Source of the DNA: an uncultured cyanobacterium
Lineage (GTDB): Bacteria > Cyanobacteriota > Cyanobacteriia > Leptolyngbyales > Leptolyngbyaceae
Assembly: GCA_963766075.1 (NCBI GenBank)
Contig: CAVYAN010000120.1
Span: 1 to 49,406 of the forward strand
Length of the DNA stretch: 49,406 bases
Direction of reading: 5' to 3'
In this document: one piece after another, positions 49,218 through 49,406 of the stretch
Position numbering within the stretch: position 1 is the first letter of the stretch
Layout of the letters: each line of letters starts with the position of its first letter
The notes under the pieces: generated by a model
What the model was told of the DNA's origin: nothing
The model's input: only the letters and a program-made list of their open reading frames with translations
Database searches by the model: none
Made by a program: the position numbers and the translations under genes

Positions 49218-49406
49218 CTACGGGGTCGCTGGGCGATCGGGTGGAGTCGATCGGATGCCCCGTGAGGCGACGCGGATGACGATGGGCGAGTTGCGGAGGG
49301 GGACAATCGGACTCCATTCGCTGGCGGCGATGACGTTGAGACGATGGAGGAGATGGATCATCGCTTCGACGGCGGGGGCTTGGCCGCTGAGAGTGATGTT
49401 AATCCA
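49218..49406 (-). CDS. 3' part of a small hypothetical protein (truncated by window end)
   Basis: Manual translation WINITLSGQAPAVEAMIHLLHRLNVIAASEWSPIVPLRNSP...*; resembles small cyanobacterial hypotheticals. Confidence 0.5.
   Translation of the reverse strand, partial: WINITLSGQAPAVEAMIHLLHRLNVIAASEWSPIVPLRNSPIVIRVASRGIRSTPPDRPATP

Noticed and set aside
1..49406. Abundant GCGATCGC octamers as a novel repeat
   Set aside because: This is the well-known cyanobacterial HIP1 sequence

Overview
Cyanobacterial chromosomal window. The evidence is dense HIP1 GCGATCGC octamers plus psbH/psbN, ntcA, zds and SLH porins. It is mostly core genes: S9 peptidase, gltD, IMPase, MATE, C39 peptidase, thrC, the fabI-ntcA-DUF3084-yqgF-DUF3146-pth-tatA-psbH/psbN block, holB, devC/devA, tRNA-Gln(TTG), a probable 6S RNA, a GH5 glucanase, a PP2C/FHA-kinase pair, two porins, hpf/lrtA, lipB, GT87, tpiA, zds and an SRPBCC gene. 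The best candidate for a novel system is an AT-rich two-gene island (39081-41290). It pairs a DUF1611/DgcN-like protein with an ornithine-racemase-type PLP enzyme and is preceded by a canonical NtcA box and a possibly structured leader. It converges on a porin plus polar amino-acid ABC cassette bracketed by REP-like repeats, which suggests a D-amino-acid scavenging module. Seven +1 frameshifts (gltD x4, ntcA, a DUF1400 gene, lipB) look like sequencing or assembly errors. Short tandem microduplications are pervasive. No CRISPR array, transposase or integrase was seen. All family calls are by motif recognition, not database search.
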